From Salinispira sp. (lineage in GTDB: Bacteria > Spirochaetota > Spirochaetia > DSM-27196 > Salinispiraceae), in NCBI GenBank assembly GCA_965602015.1, contig OZ271918.1, forward strand, positions 320,001-384,000: a DNA stretch of 64,000 nt, written 5' to 3'. The notes beneath the pieces are model-generated. The model saw only the letters and a program-made list of their open reading frames with translations. It was not told the DNA's origin and made no database searches. Every line of letters begins with the position of its first letter. Positions within the stretch are counted from its first letter, which is position 1. The position numbers and the translations under genes were made by a program. Positions 9,578 to 19,435 of the stretch are shown piece by piece.

Positions 9578-11310
9578 GCATGATCCCGGTTTTCCTCGTA
9601 GAGCCGATTAAAATCATCCTGCAAATCGAGGAAGCACCGGTATATCTCCGTTCCGAAATGCTCCTCCCCGCTGAGGCCGCTGCGGTCGTCGTGGCGCAAA
9701 ATGGCGAGGCTCTTTTTATGGCTGAACTCGTCCTTGTATTGCCGGGAAGCCCTCAGGGCGTCGTATTTATCGGCTATAGCCACAATCATGGCTTCTTTCG
9801 GGATTTCATTGCCCCGCAGCGGTCTGTTTTCCATATAGGCTGGATCGCGGGGATCGCCGATGAGCCGAACACTGCCGTCCGGCGCCATGATTCTGGGGTA
9901 GCCGGTTCCCGCCCAGGTCTGGTGGTGATTGAGGGCAATCTGGTAGGCCATTTTTAAGCGGGGGTCCGGATCCTCTTCATATGCCATCATTTGATCGAGA
10001 ATTCTGGCGCCGTAGACCGGGTGCATCTCCATCTGAAGCCGCTCTTTATCGGTGAGCTTCCTGGGGAGCTTGATAATATGGGGAATCGCCACCTTACCGA
10101 TATCGTGAATGGCCGCCACCTGTCCAATGCTCCGAATGGCCCGTTGATCCATGCCCAGGTTTTTCGCCATAAGCTCGGAGTATAGGTTCACCCTGAAGAT
10201 ATGCCTGCCGGTAATTTCATCGGAAAACTCACTGGCGGCGCAGAGTCCCATGATGCTCTGGACGAATTTTCTGTCATTTTTTATAACCAGCTGCGTGAGG
10301 GAGTTCGTCGCCCGTGCGGTGTTTACTGCTGTCTTGATAAAAACCCGGTCGTAATCCTCGATTGCCGGCAGGCGGTTGAACGCGATGAGGGATATGGGCC
10401 CCTCGTGGTAGCTAATAAAATTATGAACCGGCTCTCCAAGGAAGTCTCGAACCGAGGGAGTAAAAGAGAAATTTTCGCAAAACTGCTCCTGGCTGGAGAA
10501 TTCTTCCTGGGAGGAGGTGAACATAGCAAAGGTCTTTCTTGATAGCAGCAAGGGGTCTGCGGATTCTCCGGCCACCTGTATGGCTTTCGAATGAAGGGCA
10601 TCGTTTTCTCCGGGGCCGTATATTCTCCCGGAATGCATTCCGTCACCGTTTTCCAGGGTGATGACCACCGCCTTAAAATCGTCACCCAAAATAAGCCGGG
10701 CCAACCTGGCGAAACTGTCTCCCTCAGCCGCAAGCTCCTCCACCGAGCTGAGTATCTCGCTACTGAAACTTCGAAGACTCTGAAGGCTGGCATCGAGATG
10801 TTTCCGGGTGCTGATATCGTCGAACCAGACCAGGTATTCTCCCCGGGCCGCAGGTTTGCTTACCGTCACCGCATACCATCTATCGAGCACCGGCGAATGA
10901 CATTCATGTACGTAGCGCTCGCTCGCCTCCTGGGCATTGAGCATCAGTTCGGCAAAGTGATCCTTACAGGCCAGGTCAGTCATCCTCTTCACGCCGTGTT
11001 CTTCGAAAAGGCGGGCGGTGTTGCCCGTAGCGGCCAGAATCCGGCCCTCATCGTCCATAACGAATGCCGGGTCCCTTCGCTCCCGCGGAAGCTGGACCAG
11101 CAGATCCCGCTGGCGGTTTCGAAACTTTACGGCGGATTTGGAAAAGGCCTGGACCAGGACCGGAACCAAAAAGGGTGCGGCGGAGGAAAAGGCGGATCCT
11201 GATTGGAGTACGTTAAGGGAGATGCCCACCGCCCCAGCCAACAGGTAATTGAGGGGATCGGCGAACTCTTTGAGGACGAAGCGGCAGTAGATAAGGAATC
11301 GTGATTTCAT
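9568..11310 (-). CDS. HD-GYP domain protein (cyclic dinucleotide phosphodiesterase-like) with N-terminal membrane/PAS-like region
   Basis: TGRHIFRV, HDIGKV, HHQ.W.GTGYP and ADKYDALR motifs. Confidence 0.85.
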   Translation of the reverse strand: MKSRFLIYCRFVLKEFADPLNYLLAGAVGISLNVLQSGSAFSSAAPFLVPVLVQAFSKSAVKFRNRQRDLLVQLPRERRDPAFVMDDEGRILAATGNTARLFEEHGVKRMTDLACKDHFAELMLNAQEASERYVHECHSPVLDRWYAVTVSKPAARGEYLVWFDDISTRKHLDASLQSLRSFSSEILSSVEELAAEGDSFARLARLILGDDFKAVVITLENGDGMHSGRIYGPGENDALHSKAIQVAGESADPLLLSRKTFAMFTSSQEEFSSQEQFCENFSFTPSVRDFLGEPVHNFISYHEGPISLIAFNRLPAIEDYDRVFIKTAVNTARATNSLTQLVIKNDRKFVQSIMGLCAASEFSDEITGRHIFRVNLYSELMAKNLGMDQRAIRSIGQVAAIHDIGKVAIPHIIKLPRKLTDKERLQMEMHPVYGARILDQMMAYEEDPDPRLKMAYQIALNHHQTWAGTGYPRIMAPDGSVRLIGDPRDPAYMENRPLRGNEIPKEAMIVAIADKYDALRASRQYKDEFSHKKSLAILRHDDRSGLSGEEHFGTEIYRCFLDLQDDFNRLYEENRDHAHS

Positions 11311-11394
11311 CTACCTGCTACTATGACCTCAGCCAGTCATTCCGTCAAATTCGGGATGTAGTTTTCGGGGCATATCTGAAAGCGGTGCCTCCCC

Positions 11395-11547
11395 GCAAGA
11401 GTTTTCAATGTTCTATTACAAAAATTCTGCAAATCGGTTTTGTCCGAGTCATATCTCCGCCATCCACGTGGCATGAAAATGTCTTTCCAGGGGTGTCGCA
11501 ATCACTTTGCACAGCCTCGTATTCGCGCTGTAGCCCCAAAAACGCGC
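11395..11547 (-). ncRNA. Predicted bridge/seek RNA in the 3' non-coding end of IS copy 1
   Basis: Contains UUUUUGGGGC and AAGUG flanking a hairpin, matching the two halves of the target, and AGAUAUGA matching the predicted circle junction; transcript boundaries unknown. Confidence 0.75.
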
Positions 11548-12600
11548 TTACCCCTGTCTGGACAAACCCGCTAATGCAGGATCTTTGTAATGCTGTTCTT
11601 TCTGCAATATCCAAAATATTGCTTCTGCTAAGTGCCGTGCCACAGAGATTATAGCAACCTTATGATTTCGTTTAGTACGAACTCTCTTGTAGAGTTTTAC
11701 CGTATGTCGGTTCGCCCAATTTCTTTGATTAAGACAGGTTACATTAGCTGCTTCAGTAAGTGCCCACTTCAAGTATCGATTACATGCTTTCGATGTTCGA
11801 CCATAATGAGTTTTACCTCCGCTCGAGTGAACGCGCGGCGTTGTACCACAGTATGATGCAAAATGTTCAGCGGTCTTAAAGCGATGTATGTCTCCAATTT
11901 CATGCACAATGACTGCGCTGAGAATAAATCCGATCCCGGGAATGGATTTCACCAACTTCATTTCAGCATTTTCATCAAACGCTTCATGCATTCGTTGTTC
12001 GCAGTCGGTGATAGATTGCTTAATAAACGCGAGATTATCGAGCTTGAGTTTCATCATGGTGCGGGTATGCTCGGGGAGTTTTGGCATTACCTTCTTCATG
12101 GCTTCTGTACCTGCTTTTCCGAACAGATCGCTCACATCATTGAATCGAAACCCATATTTCTCGAACCCGGCATGAATTTGGTTCTTTTCACGTATCAACT
12201 CCTGAACGAACTGCATCCGGGTTCGATAGAGTTCTCGTTTATCACGTAATTCTCCTGGTGGAATCCACACAGTAGGCAGTGTGCCTGTTTTTTGAAGTTT
12301 ATTGAGACCTTCAGCATCGAGTTTGTCAGTTTTGTTAAACATGGCCATCATCAATTTTGACTTACCGGCATGAACCAGCAAGGGGTTCATGCCGGCCTCC
12401 TCAATCTCATCCACGATCCAGTACCAACTTCCGATCGTTTCAAGTGCGACTTCCTGTCCCGGCTCAAATTGTTGGAGGAAATCACGAATACACCCGTGAG
12501 AATGTTCTATGCGCTGTGAGGATTTCCTTCCTTTTTCGTCCTCAATTGCAGCCACGGTATACCGTTTATGGCTGTCGAGGGATATAATAATACTACTCAT
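11548..12600 (-). CDS. IS110-family DEDD recombinase/transposase
   Basis: SLDSHK, ALET and KTDKLDA (DEDD RuvC-like), SIPGIG, and SSGG catalytic serine; RBS ggaggagg. Confidence 0.96.
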   Translation of the reverse strand: MSSIIISLDSHKRYTVAAIEDEKGRKSSQRIEHSHGCIRDFLQQFEPGQEVALETIGSWYWIVDEIEEAGMNPLLVHAGKSKLMMAMFNKTDKLDAEGLNKLQKTGTLPTVWIPPGELRDKRELYRTRMQFVQELIREKNQIHAGFEKYGFRFNDVSDLFGKAGTEAMKKVMPKLPEHTRTMMKLKLDNLAFIKQSITDCEQRMHEAFDENAEMKLVKSIPGIGFILSAVIVHEIGDIHRFKTAEHFASYCGTTPRVHSSGGKTHYGRTSKACNRYLKWALTEAANVTCLNQRNWANRHTVKLYKRVRTKRNHKVAIISVARHLAEAIFWILQKEQHYKDPALAGLSRQG

Positions 12601-12707
12601 TTGGTTGTCCTCCTCCGGTATTTAATATAGACCCTGACTGGCAGGATCTCGGGGGAGGCACCGCTTTCATACCATCACTATCTAATTTTATATTCGCACG
12701 GGCTTTA

Positions 12708-13781
12708 CTACTCGATATTCTGCCGGCTTACCACCGGTTGGGCGTAGAGTTCGAGGATTTTTTCCCGGATTTCCGGTCTCAGGTCGTGAAGTTTTTGGGC
12801 TATCCAGGCACCGCCGGAGCTCATTTTCTGCCCCAGCTCATCAAGGCGGTTGCTGAATCCGTCTCCCACCATACCCAGCAGACTCGCCGCATGAATATTT
12901 GATTCCCAAAGCCGGACGCCCTGTATGATTCTCCTGTCCAGGAGTTTCACCAGCTCGCTGCGCTTTGACGCCCGGACCGCCGGAGATAGATGAATGTGAA
13001 TCCGGCGCTTTTTCTGCGTCAATTCCTGGACAACCTGGCTGCTGTCCCGGCGCTCGTCGCTCTTGTCGAGCTTACCCAATCGGTCTTCCACAAGCAGGGT
13101 ATCGAGGGGAATTTCTTCGTAGCTGATGGAAACCGGAATGACATCGACCTCATTGGTAAACTCTTCCCAGCTTTTGTCGCGATGAGCCATTTTTATCATG
13201 GCGGGCACCGCGGAGTCGGTGACATCCCGGCCGTCTTTTGCACGGCCGTTGCGTTGGGCTATCCACACTGACTTTCCCTTGTCGGTGAGGGAACGGATAT
13301 AGCCCGAGAGTTTTTCCGCGGCTTCCAGCTTCTCCTCAATGTCGGGAACCTCCCGCCTGACGATAAACCCCCGGTTGAGGCGGATGAGGTGTCCCAGCCA
13401 GGGGGTCTTCAGGAGATTGTCCCCGGCGGCGTTATATGCGGTTTCGCCGCTGTGACGGTATAGCATGTGGTTGAACAAAATCGGATCCAGCGATGTGCTG
13501 CGGTGTGTCGATATATAAATCGCCGGTCTGTTACGGGGAATGTTTTCCAGCCCTGAATAGCTGATACCCTCGGTGCTGTGATCAATAATAAAATCCACGA
13601 GACGGGCCATAGTGCGCCGAAACTGTTTCCAGCTCAGGATGAACATAAGCTTTGCCTGTATGCGTCCGATGCGCCCGCCGGCCCGGTCAAGAAGGGACTG
13701 AAAATGGGGGTCTTTGCGTATCATCCTCCAATAACGGCGGAAGGTTCTTCTGGGATATGCCTGTATATCGTCAAACTTCAT
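12708..13781 (-). CDS. Glycerophospholipid acyltransferase (PlsB/PlsC-like)
   Basis: HRSTSLD (HX4D), AGDNL and WIAQRNGRAKDG motifs. Confidence 0.85.
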   Translation of the reverse strand: MKFDDIQAYPRRTFRRYWRMIRKDPHFQSLLDRAGGRIGRIQAKLMFILSWKQFRRTMARLVDFIIDHSTEGISYSGLENIPRNRPAIYISTHRSTSLDPILFNHMLYRHSGETAYNAAGDNLLKTPWLGHLIRLNRGFIVRREVPDIEEKLEAAEKLSGYIRSLTDKGKSVWIAQRNGRAKDGRDVTDSAVPAMIKMAHRDKSWEEFTNEVDVIPVSISYEEIPLDTLLVEDRLGKLDKSDERRDSSQVVQELTQKKRRIHIHLSPAVRASKRSELVKLLDRRIIQGVRLWESNIHAASLLGMVGDGFSNRLDELGQKMSSGGAWIAQKLHDLRPEIREKILELYAQPVVSRQNIE

Positions 13782-13929
13782 AAACGCTGTGCTCCTGTTT
13801 TTAAAAGCGAATCGCGTTCAATAATACTGATGTTGGCATAAATATACAATGCAAATCCCCGCGTCTCAAGGAGCCGGGAATTTGCCTTCTGTGATGCCTT
13901 AGCCTATAGTTGCTATCGGAGGATAGTAG

Positions 13930-15633
13930 GTGAAACAGGCTATGAACCGCGTTGTGGTCTTCCGAATCCTTGTCACCGCGGTAGTTCTGATGTCTTCGTT
14001 TTCTCTCTCGGCCCAGGATGGACTCGGATTGGTGCGGATCGGCGTGTATCAGAACCCTCCAAAAATTACCGTTTCTCCCGAGGGCGGCTGGCCCGGCGGA
14101 CTGCACGGCGAAATCCTTACTCTATTTGATCAATACCTGGACTGGAATCCGGTTTTTATTAGCGGTGAATGGAACGAGTTGCTCGATCTTCTCGAAGCGA
14201 GGGAAATCGACATGCTGGTCGATGTAGCCCGCAGCGATGAACGGGAGGAGAAATACTTCTTTAACGGGGAGAGCGTCCTGGTAAACTGGGGAGTGGTGTA
14301 TTCCCGCCCGGAAAATCCTATCCGGAGTTTTTATGATCTGGAAGGGCTAAGGGTTGCCAGCATGGATGAGTCGGTGCACACCGATTCTTCTGCGGGAATC
14401 CGCAGCCTGCTTGAGCAGTTTTCCATCGACGCCAGCATCATTCTCACTCCGGACTACGAAGAGGCGTTCGCCCTGGTTGCCGACGGGCAGGCCGATGCCG
14501 CAGTGGCAAACCGGCTGTTCGGCATCACCCGGGCTGCGGAGTACGATCTTGTCAGAACCGATGTGAACTTCAACCCCCGCAGCATTTACTATGCCTTCCC
14601 CAGGCATCCGGATTCTGCGGCCTTGATTCGGGAGATCGATGATGTTCTTTCCATGCTCAAGAGAGACCGTAGTTCCCGGTTCTTTGAAATAATCGACAGC
14701 TATGCAATGGGACCGGTAGCCACCCGTGAAGTAACTCCTCCTTGGCTCGCTCCCCTGCTACTCAGCGCGCTGGTGATAATAGGCGGATATTCGGTGCTTA
14801 CGGCGATAGTCATCCGCGAAGTGGGTCAGCGCCGCCGCAGCGAAAAAAACCTCAGGGCATATCAGGATCGGCTTATTTATATGGCGAAACACGAGTATCT
14901 CAACACCTTGGTCGCCGACCTGGGTCATCAGCTGAACACCCCCTTGGGTGTGTTGACCACCGCGGTGAGCGGAGCCCAGGACCTTTTGGCACCGGCCAAA
15001 GTCCCCCCGGCAGGCGATGCACCGGCCGTCAGCCCGGCAAATAAAGAAGTGGGGGAGTACCTCGAGCTGGCCCGGGATTCGGTTGAACGGATGAACCGGA
15101 TCGTCGGCGCATTTCGGGAGTTATCAGATCAGGACGCCAAGGATTCGGCCGCGCCGGGAGAACTGACCGAAATTGTCGAGGCGATCATCCTACTTCACCG
15201 TCAGACCCTGGAAGCTGCGGGTATACAGCTTGAGATTAATCTGGAACCCGGGCTCTCCTGGCAAGTAGAGCGTCGCCCGCTGCTGACAGTCCTGAACCAG
15301 ATGGTTACCAACTCAACGGAACACGGCGGTCCCGGAATGAACAGGATTAAGATCGATATGACAAGCGTCGTCGGCGACGGCTCATCCCGCCGGCAAGCAA
15401 CCCGCGTGCTTCGTATCCGGTACAGAGATAACGGATTAGGTGTCCCCCCCGAGCTTAGCGGCAGGCTATTCCTGCCTTTTTCAAGCATGAGCCGGAATGG
15501 AGAACATCTCGGACTGGGGCTACATATCGCTCAGCTGCTGGTACACCGCCGCCTTGGCGGTGAAATCCGATATATCCAGTGTGATTCTGGCTGCGAGTTC
15601 CTCATTACTATAGATCCGGGTTTAAAAACCTGA
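13930..15633 (+). CDS. Sensor histidine kinase with an extracellular solute-binding (family 3) domain
   Basis: GVYQNPPK binding-protein domain, TM segment, HQLNTPLG H-box, DNGLG and GLGLHI boxes. Confidence 0.85.
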   Translation: MKQAMNRVVVFRILVTAVVLMSSFSLSAQDGLGLVRIGVYQNPPKITVSPEGGWPGGLHGEILTLFDQYLDWNPVFISGEWNELLDLLEAREIDMLVDVARSDEREEKYFFNGESVLVNWGVVYSRPENPIRSFYDLEGLRVASMDESVHTDSSAGIRSLLEQFSIDASIILTPDYEEAFALVADGQADAAVANRLFGITRAAEYDLVRTDVNFNPRSIYYAFPRHPDSAALIREIDDVLSMLKRDRSSRFFEIIDSYAMGPVATREVTPPWLAPLLLSALVIIGGYSVLTAIVIREVGQRRRSEKNLRAYQDRLIYMAKHEYLNTLVADLGHQLNTPLGVLTTAVSGAQDLLAPAKVPPAGDAPAVSPANKEVGEYLELARDSVERMNRIVGAFRELSDQDAKDSAAPGELTEIVEAIILLHRQTLEAAGIQLEINLEPGLSWQVERRPLLTVLNQMVTNSTEHGGPGMNRIKIDMTSVVGDGSSRRQATRVLRIRYRDNGLGVPPELSGRLFLPFSSMSRNGEHLGLGLHIAQLLVHRRLGGEIRYIQCDSGCEFLITIDPGLKT

Positions 15634-15873
15634 ACCATTTGCGGAAACAGAAGGGTTTCCCGGTATTTTGCGGAAAACATGAGCCTTTCGTTTGGAGCCC
15701 CGGTCATTCTGGGATATATTAAAGACAGAGACCGGCGGATCGCTCTTGTTACTCCACGTATGATTCCCAAATATGCTTTTTTCCGGCGCGGAAACTTTTT
15801 TTTCGGAAATCCTTGGGCTATAATAGCCAAATAACCGATGAAATCACTCAAGATTATTGTAAAGAGGTTGGGT

Positions 15874-17964
15874 ATGAAAAGACTGCGTATTGTCGGACTG
15901 CTGCTTTTTGCGGCACTTTTTATTTTGAGCTCCTGTGACGTTTTGGGAACCATCGATGATGTGGTTAACGAACCCCCGGTTCCCGATGCGGGAGGCGATC
16001 AGAGCGTACTTGTGGGAACATTGGTCGAGCTCAATGCGTCGGCGTCAAGCGACCCCGATAACGACAGCTTGAGTTTTTCCTGGAACCTTATTCCCCCGGC
16101 AGGTTCGAGCATAGTGCTATCAAACAGCAACCTGTTTTTTACCAGCTTCACCCCTGATGTTGCGGGTACGTATCTTGTAGAACTGACGGTGAGCGACGGT
16201 TTCGACGAAGCCCAGGCCCGGGCCATCATTCGGGCCGAGGCGGCCAATGACAACCAGGCGCCCGTCGGAACATTCGACGTGGAAAACAGCACCACCCGGG
16301 GAACCATCGACCTTGCCACAGACAATGAGGTTACCCTGAATTTCATCGCCACCGCCGTCGATGCCGACGGCACAATTGCCAATTACATCTGGGACTTCGG
16401 CGACGGCTCGCCAGCGTTCACCGAAACAAGCGGAAGCGTTGATCATACCTACAGCGCCAACGAAGTTGGCGAACTGGTGTTTGACCTTTCGGTAATTGTG
16501 GAAGACGACGGCGGGTCACGGTCGACTATCGGCAACACCCCCGATGTGGTCATCAGCGTAATCAACAGCGATCCGGCTCCTATTGCCCAATTCAGCTATG
16601 CCCCCAACACCGTAAAAGTCGGAGACGTGGTGAGCTTTACCGACGGAAGTCAGGTCCTCGACCAGGACGGCGTCAATGACAGGCAGTCCACCAGTTGGGA
16701 TTTCGGCGACGGGCTGGGCTCTTCCGTTCTTGAAGACCCGATCTATACCTACGCCGCCGCCGGCAGCTACACCGTGACGCTTACAGTCACCGATGTCGAC
16801 GGCCTGAGCGACAGCTTCAGCAAAACCGTAGTGGTCAGCGCAATTGGTGAGAACCCCCCACCGGTCGCCGCCTTCGATTTTAGCCCGACAAAGGTTGACC
16901 TCGCCGTCAGCGGGGTTGTGGATTTCTTCGACAAGTCCTCCCTCGAGGATGCCGCCGGTCTGCCTGATGCGGACAGTTATTTATGGGACTTTGGCGACGG
17001 GTCTACTTCCGCCGTACAGGGAGATGTGAGTCATACGTATGACGCCGTCGGAGTGTACACCGTAACCCTTAGGGTAACCGATAACGATAACCTCAGCGAC
17101 GAGTACAGTGTAAATATTCAGGTGGTCAACTCCGATCCACCGCCAAAAGCTTCCTTCGAACCGAGTCTCAAAGAGGCCGATGCGGGTACCTTTATAAAGT
17201 TCACCGATTACTCCGAGTCGGTCGATCAAAACAATGTCTCGGATGTAGCCGCCTATGAATGGCGGATAATCAATGCCGCAACCGATGTTGAGATTTTTTC
17301 ATCCGCCGATATCGGCAGTATTGAGTATCAGTTCAATAATCCCGGAGTCTATGCGGTAGTCCTCACCGTCACCGATACCGACGGACTTTCTGACAGTTTC
17401 GATACCAAAATCACCATTTCCGGCACCGGAGGTGTCAGCGCCGAAATAAATCCGGCGATCGACCTGTTCATGGATAACCGTGGCAATGCCGAGGACGGTA
17501 ATAAGGATATTGTTATCGGCATCGGCCGTGACAAGCGCTACGCAGCGGTGTTCCAGTTCGACCATCGAGAAATAGAGGAAAGACTGAGCGGTTCCGAACT
17601 TCTCGGGGCGCAGCTGTTCTTCGACTACTTCAGGATGAGCGAAAAAGACGGGGAATGGCCGCGCCTGGCCGTCGTGTTGAAGGCCATCCCTGAAGGATAC
17701 GAGTGGGATTCCCAGCGTCCGCCTCGCTATGAAGATATCGTGAATAAGAATTTCAGCGAGTTCACCTTCGAATTCCAGCTCAACGACCGTAAAACCGCCG
17801 GTCCGGTTAACATAACCCAGTTGGTAATAGATTGGCTCAAGGATCCTGGATTCAACAATGGTTTTGTGCTCTATGCCATCGATCAGAGCATTCAGGACCG
17901 ATTCGCCATTCTTAACAGCATCGAAGCGGAACAGCCGGGTATCCGACTTGAGTTTGAGTTTTAA
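15874..17964 (+). CDS. PKD-repeat surface lipoprotein
   Basis: Lipobox LSSC; repeated WDFGDG...HTY...YTVTL.VTD units. Confidence 0.88.
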   Translation: MKRLRIVGLLLFAALFILSSCDVLGTIDDVVNEPPVPDAGGDQSVLVGTLVELNASASSDPDNDSLSFSWNLIPPAGSSIVLSNSNLFFTSFTPDVAGTYLVELTVSDGFDEAQARAIIRAEAANDNQAPVGTFDVENSTTRGTIDLATDNEVTLNFIATAVDADGTIANYIWDFGDGSPAFTETSGSVDHTYSANEVGELVFDLSVIVEDDGGSRSTIGNTPDVVISVINSDPAPIAQFSYAPNTVKVGDVVSFTDGSQVLDQDGVNDRQSTSWDFGDGLGSSVLEDPIYTYAAAGSYTVTLTVTDVDGLSDSFSKTVVVSAIGENPPPVAAFDFSPTKVDLAVSGVVDFFDKSSLEDAAGLPDADSYLWDFGDGSTSAVQGDVSHTYDAVGVYTVTLRVTDNDNLSDEYSVNIQVVNSDPPPKASFEPSLKEADAGTFIKFTDYSESVDQNNVSDVAAYEWRIINAATDVEIFSSADIGSIEYQFNNPGVYAVVLTVTDTDGLSDSFDTKITISGTGGVSAEINPAIDLFMDNRGNAEDGNKDIVIGIGRDKRYAAVFQFDHREIEERLSGSELLGAQLFFDYFRMSEKDGEWPRLAVVLKAIPEGYEWDSQRPPRYEDIVNKNFSEFTFEFQLNDRKTAGPVNITQLVIDWLKDPGFNNGFVLYAIDQSIQDRFAILNSIEAEQPGIRLEFEF

Positions 17965-17992
17965 TTTCGACGCTGCCGCAAAGCGTAATTTC

Positions 17993-18021
17993 ACCCGGGG
18001 CAATACGCCCCGGGTTTTTTT
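17993..18021 (+). terminator. Intrinsic terminator
   Basis: acccggggc-aatac-gccccgggt followed by a T run. Confidence 0.88.
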
Positions 18022-18298
18022 ATGGCGAAAGAACTAACGGAGCATTAGACTTGTGTATGGATAGCCGTTGGCATAGAGGCGATAGACTCGGCTGCCCGAA
18101 GATGAAAGACCGGACATTTCGCCGTATGTTGTTACGCAGCTGATTCCGGCGTGTTATATGTCATGTCTGGTCAGTACAGGCGCCGATTACCGGCGCATTT
18201 GGACCAGACCGCCGGAAAACAGCGGAACCGGCGATATATTTTTACTACCAGGAAACCAATCCCCTGCGGGATCGCCGGGGAATCATCAGGAGAGATGA

Positions 18299-19033
18299 AT
18301 GAAAAAATCCAGGATAATGCTCATCGTGCTCATTGCCTTGCTTCTTCTGCCGGTCACCGGCCTGTTCGCTCAGCGAGGCGGATCAATCGGCGGTTCGGCA
18401 CCGGCCAGCTTCACCCTGAGGGTAAACGTCAATGTCGACAACGCGGCAATTTTTATCAACGGCACACGCCAACGGGGCAACGCCTTCGAACTCGCCCCTG
18501 GCACCTACCAGCTCCGGGTCAGCGCTCCGAATTACCTGGACTATGCGGCGAATATCCAACTCAATGGAAACCGCACGGTTAGTGTCAATCTCGAGCCGTC
18601 ATTGGCAACCCTCACAGTCCGGACAAATGTGGCTACAGCCCTGATCTATGTAAACGATGTGCTTCAAAACTCCCCGCGTATGGTTCTCCCCCTGGGAACC
18701 CACGTCATTCGGATCGCCGCCCCGGGTCATCAGCAGTATATCCAGACCATCAATCTCACTCAGGATCAGAGGCTTGCTATTGAGCTGACCCCCCTGTTTG
18801 GCTATCTTACCGTCGAGTTGCCCCCGATAATTCGGCGTTTTACCCTCACGATCGACGATCTCCAGATAACCGAACGGGACCTGCTGGAGAACATCGAACT
18901 GTTGCCCGGCGAGTATGTGCTCCAGCTCGACATCGGCGGCCTGGTCGGCATGATGGAACTTGATGTGGTAGCTAACAGAAGACAAACCATCGAACCGGTC
19001 ATGAACTTCCGCTTCCTCACCAATGCTCAGTAG
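18299..19033 (+). CDS. PEGA-domain exported protein
   Basis: Signal peptide; repeats of type LRV..NV..A.I.ING...L.PG.Y.L.V.AP.Y. Confidence 0.8.
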   Translation: MKKSRIMLIVLIALLLLPVTGLFAQRGGSIGGSAPASFTLRVNVNVDNAAIFINGTRQRGNAFELAPGTYQLRVSAPNYLDYAANIQLNGNRTVSVNLEPSLATLTVRTNVATALIYVNDVLQNSPRMVLPLGTHVIRIAAPGHQQYIQTINLTQDQRLAIELTPLFGYLTVELPPIIRRFTLTIDDLQITERDLLENIELLPGEYVLQLDIGGLVGMMELDVVANRRQTIEPVMNFRFLTNAQ

Positions 19034-19079
19034 CGTATTTTCATAGCCGCCGGAACATGTCTTAAGGCGTTGAATGTTC

Positions 19080-19107
19080 AACCCGCGCCAAGCGCGCGGG
19101 TTTTTTT
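19080..19107 (+). terminator. Intrinsic terminator
   Basis: aacccgcgc-caagc-gcgcgggtt followed by a T run. Confidence 0.8.
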
Positions 19108-19435
19108 ATGCCATTACCTGAAGAAGAATCATATAAAATGCGGTACCGCCGATGATGCTGAGCAGGTGATGCCGTGCTGCCAGGTGAAGGGCCGCAGTAA
19201 AAGCTACGGAAACCCAGGGTATCCATATCGCCGGATTGGTCACCACTGGAGAAATCGGCAAGCTGGTGAACACCAAAACCACCATAACCGCCCCCGGTAT
19301 AAGCCGTGCGGCACGGATGAGACGTTCAGGCGGCGGCTTTCTTGCAAACAATAAAAAGGGGAAGGCCCTGGTCAATACTGTCGCAGCGGCCATGGCGAGC
19401 ACGGCGCCGCCAATGTAAAAAAGAGTATCGCTCAT
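19106..19435 (-). CDS. azlD: AzlD-family branched-chain amino acid export protein
   Basis: TRAFPFLLF and LLSIIGGT motifs; lies downstream of azlC. Confidence 0.85.
   Translation of the reverse strand: MSDTLFYIGGAVLAMAAATVLTRAFPFLLFARKPPPERLIRAARLIPGAVMVVLVFTSLPISPVVTNPAIWIPWVSVAFTAALHLAARHHLLSIIGGTAFYMILLQVMA

Larger units (their letters stand above)
11373..12677 (-). mobile_element. IS110-family element, IS1111 type, copy 1 (1305 bp)
   Basis: Perfect 18-bp subterminal IRs tgaaagcggtgcctcccc (11377-11394 and 12652-12669); CA core at both junctions; near-identical copy at 40787-42091 defines the boundaries. Confidence 0.95.

Noticed and set aside
11301..11654. Short ORFs across the IS110 3' end (also 40757-41089 and 40819-41028)
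   Set aside because: They cross the element boundary or overlap the transposase and have no recognisable motif; the region is better explained as non-coding RNA
19326..19435. azlC 3' extension overlapping azlD by 110 bp as a recoding signal
   Set aside because: No slippery site seen; simple loss of a stop codon is enough to explain it
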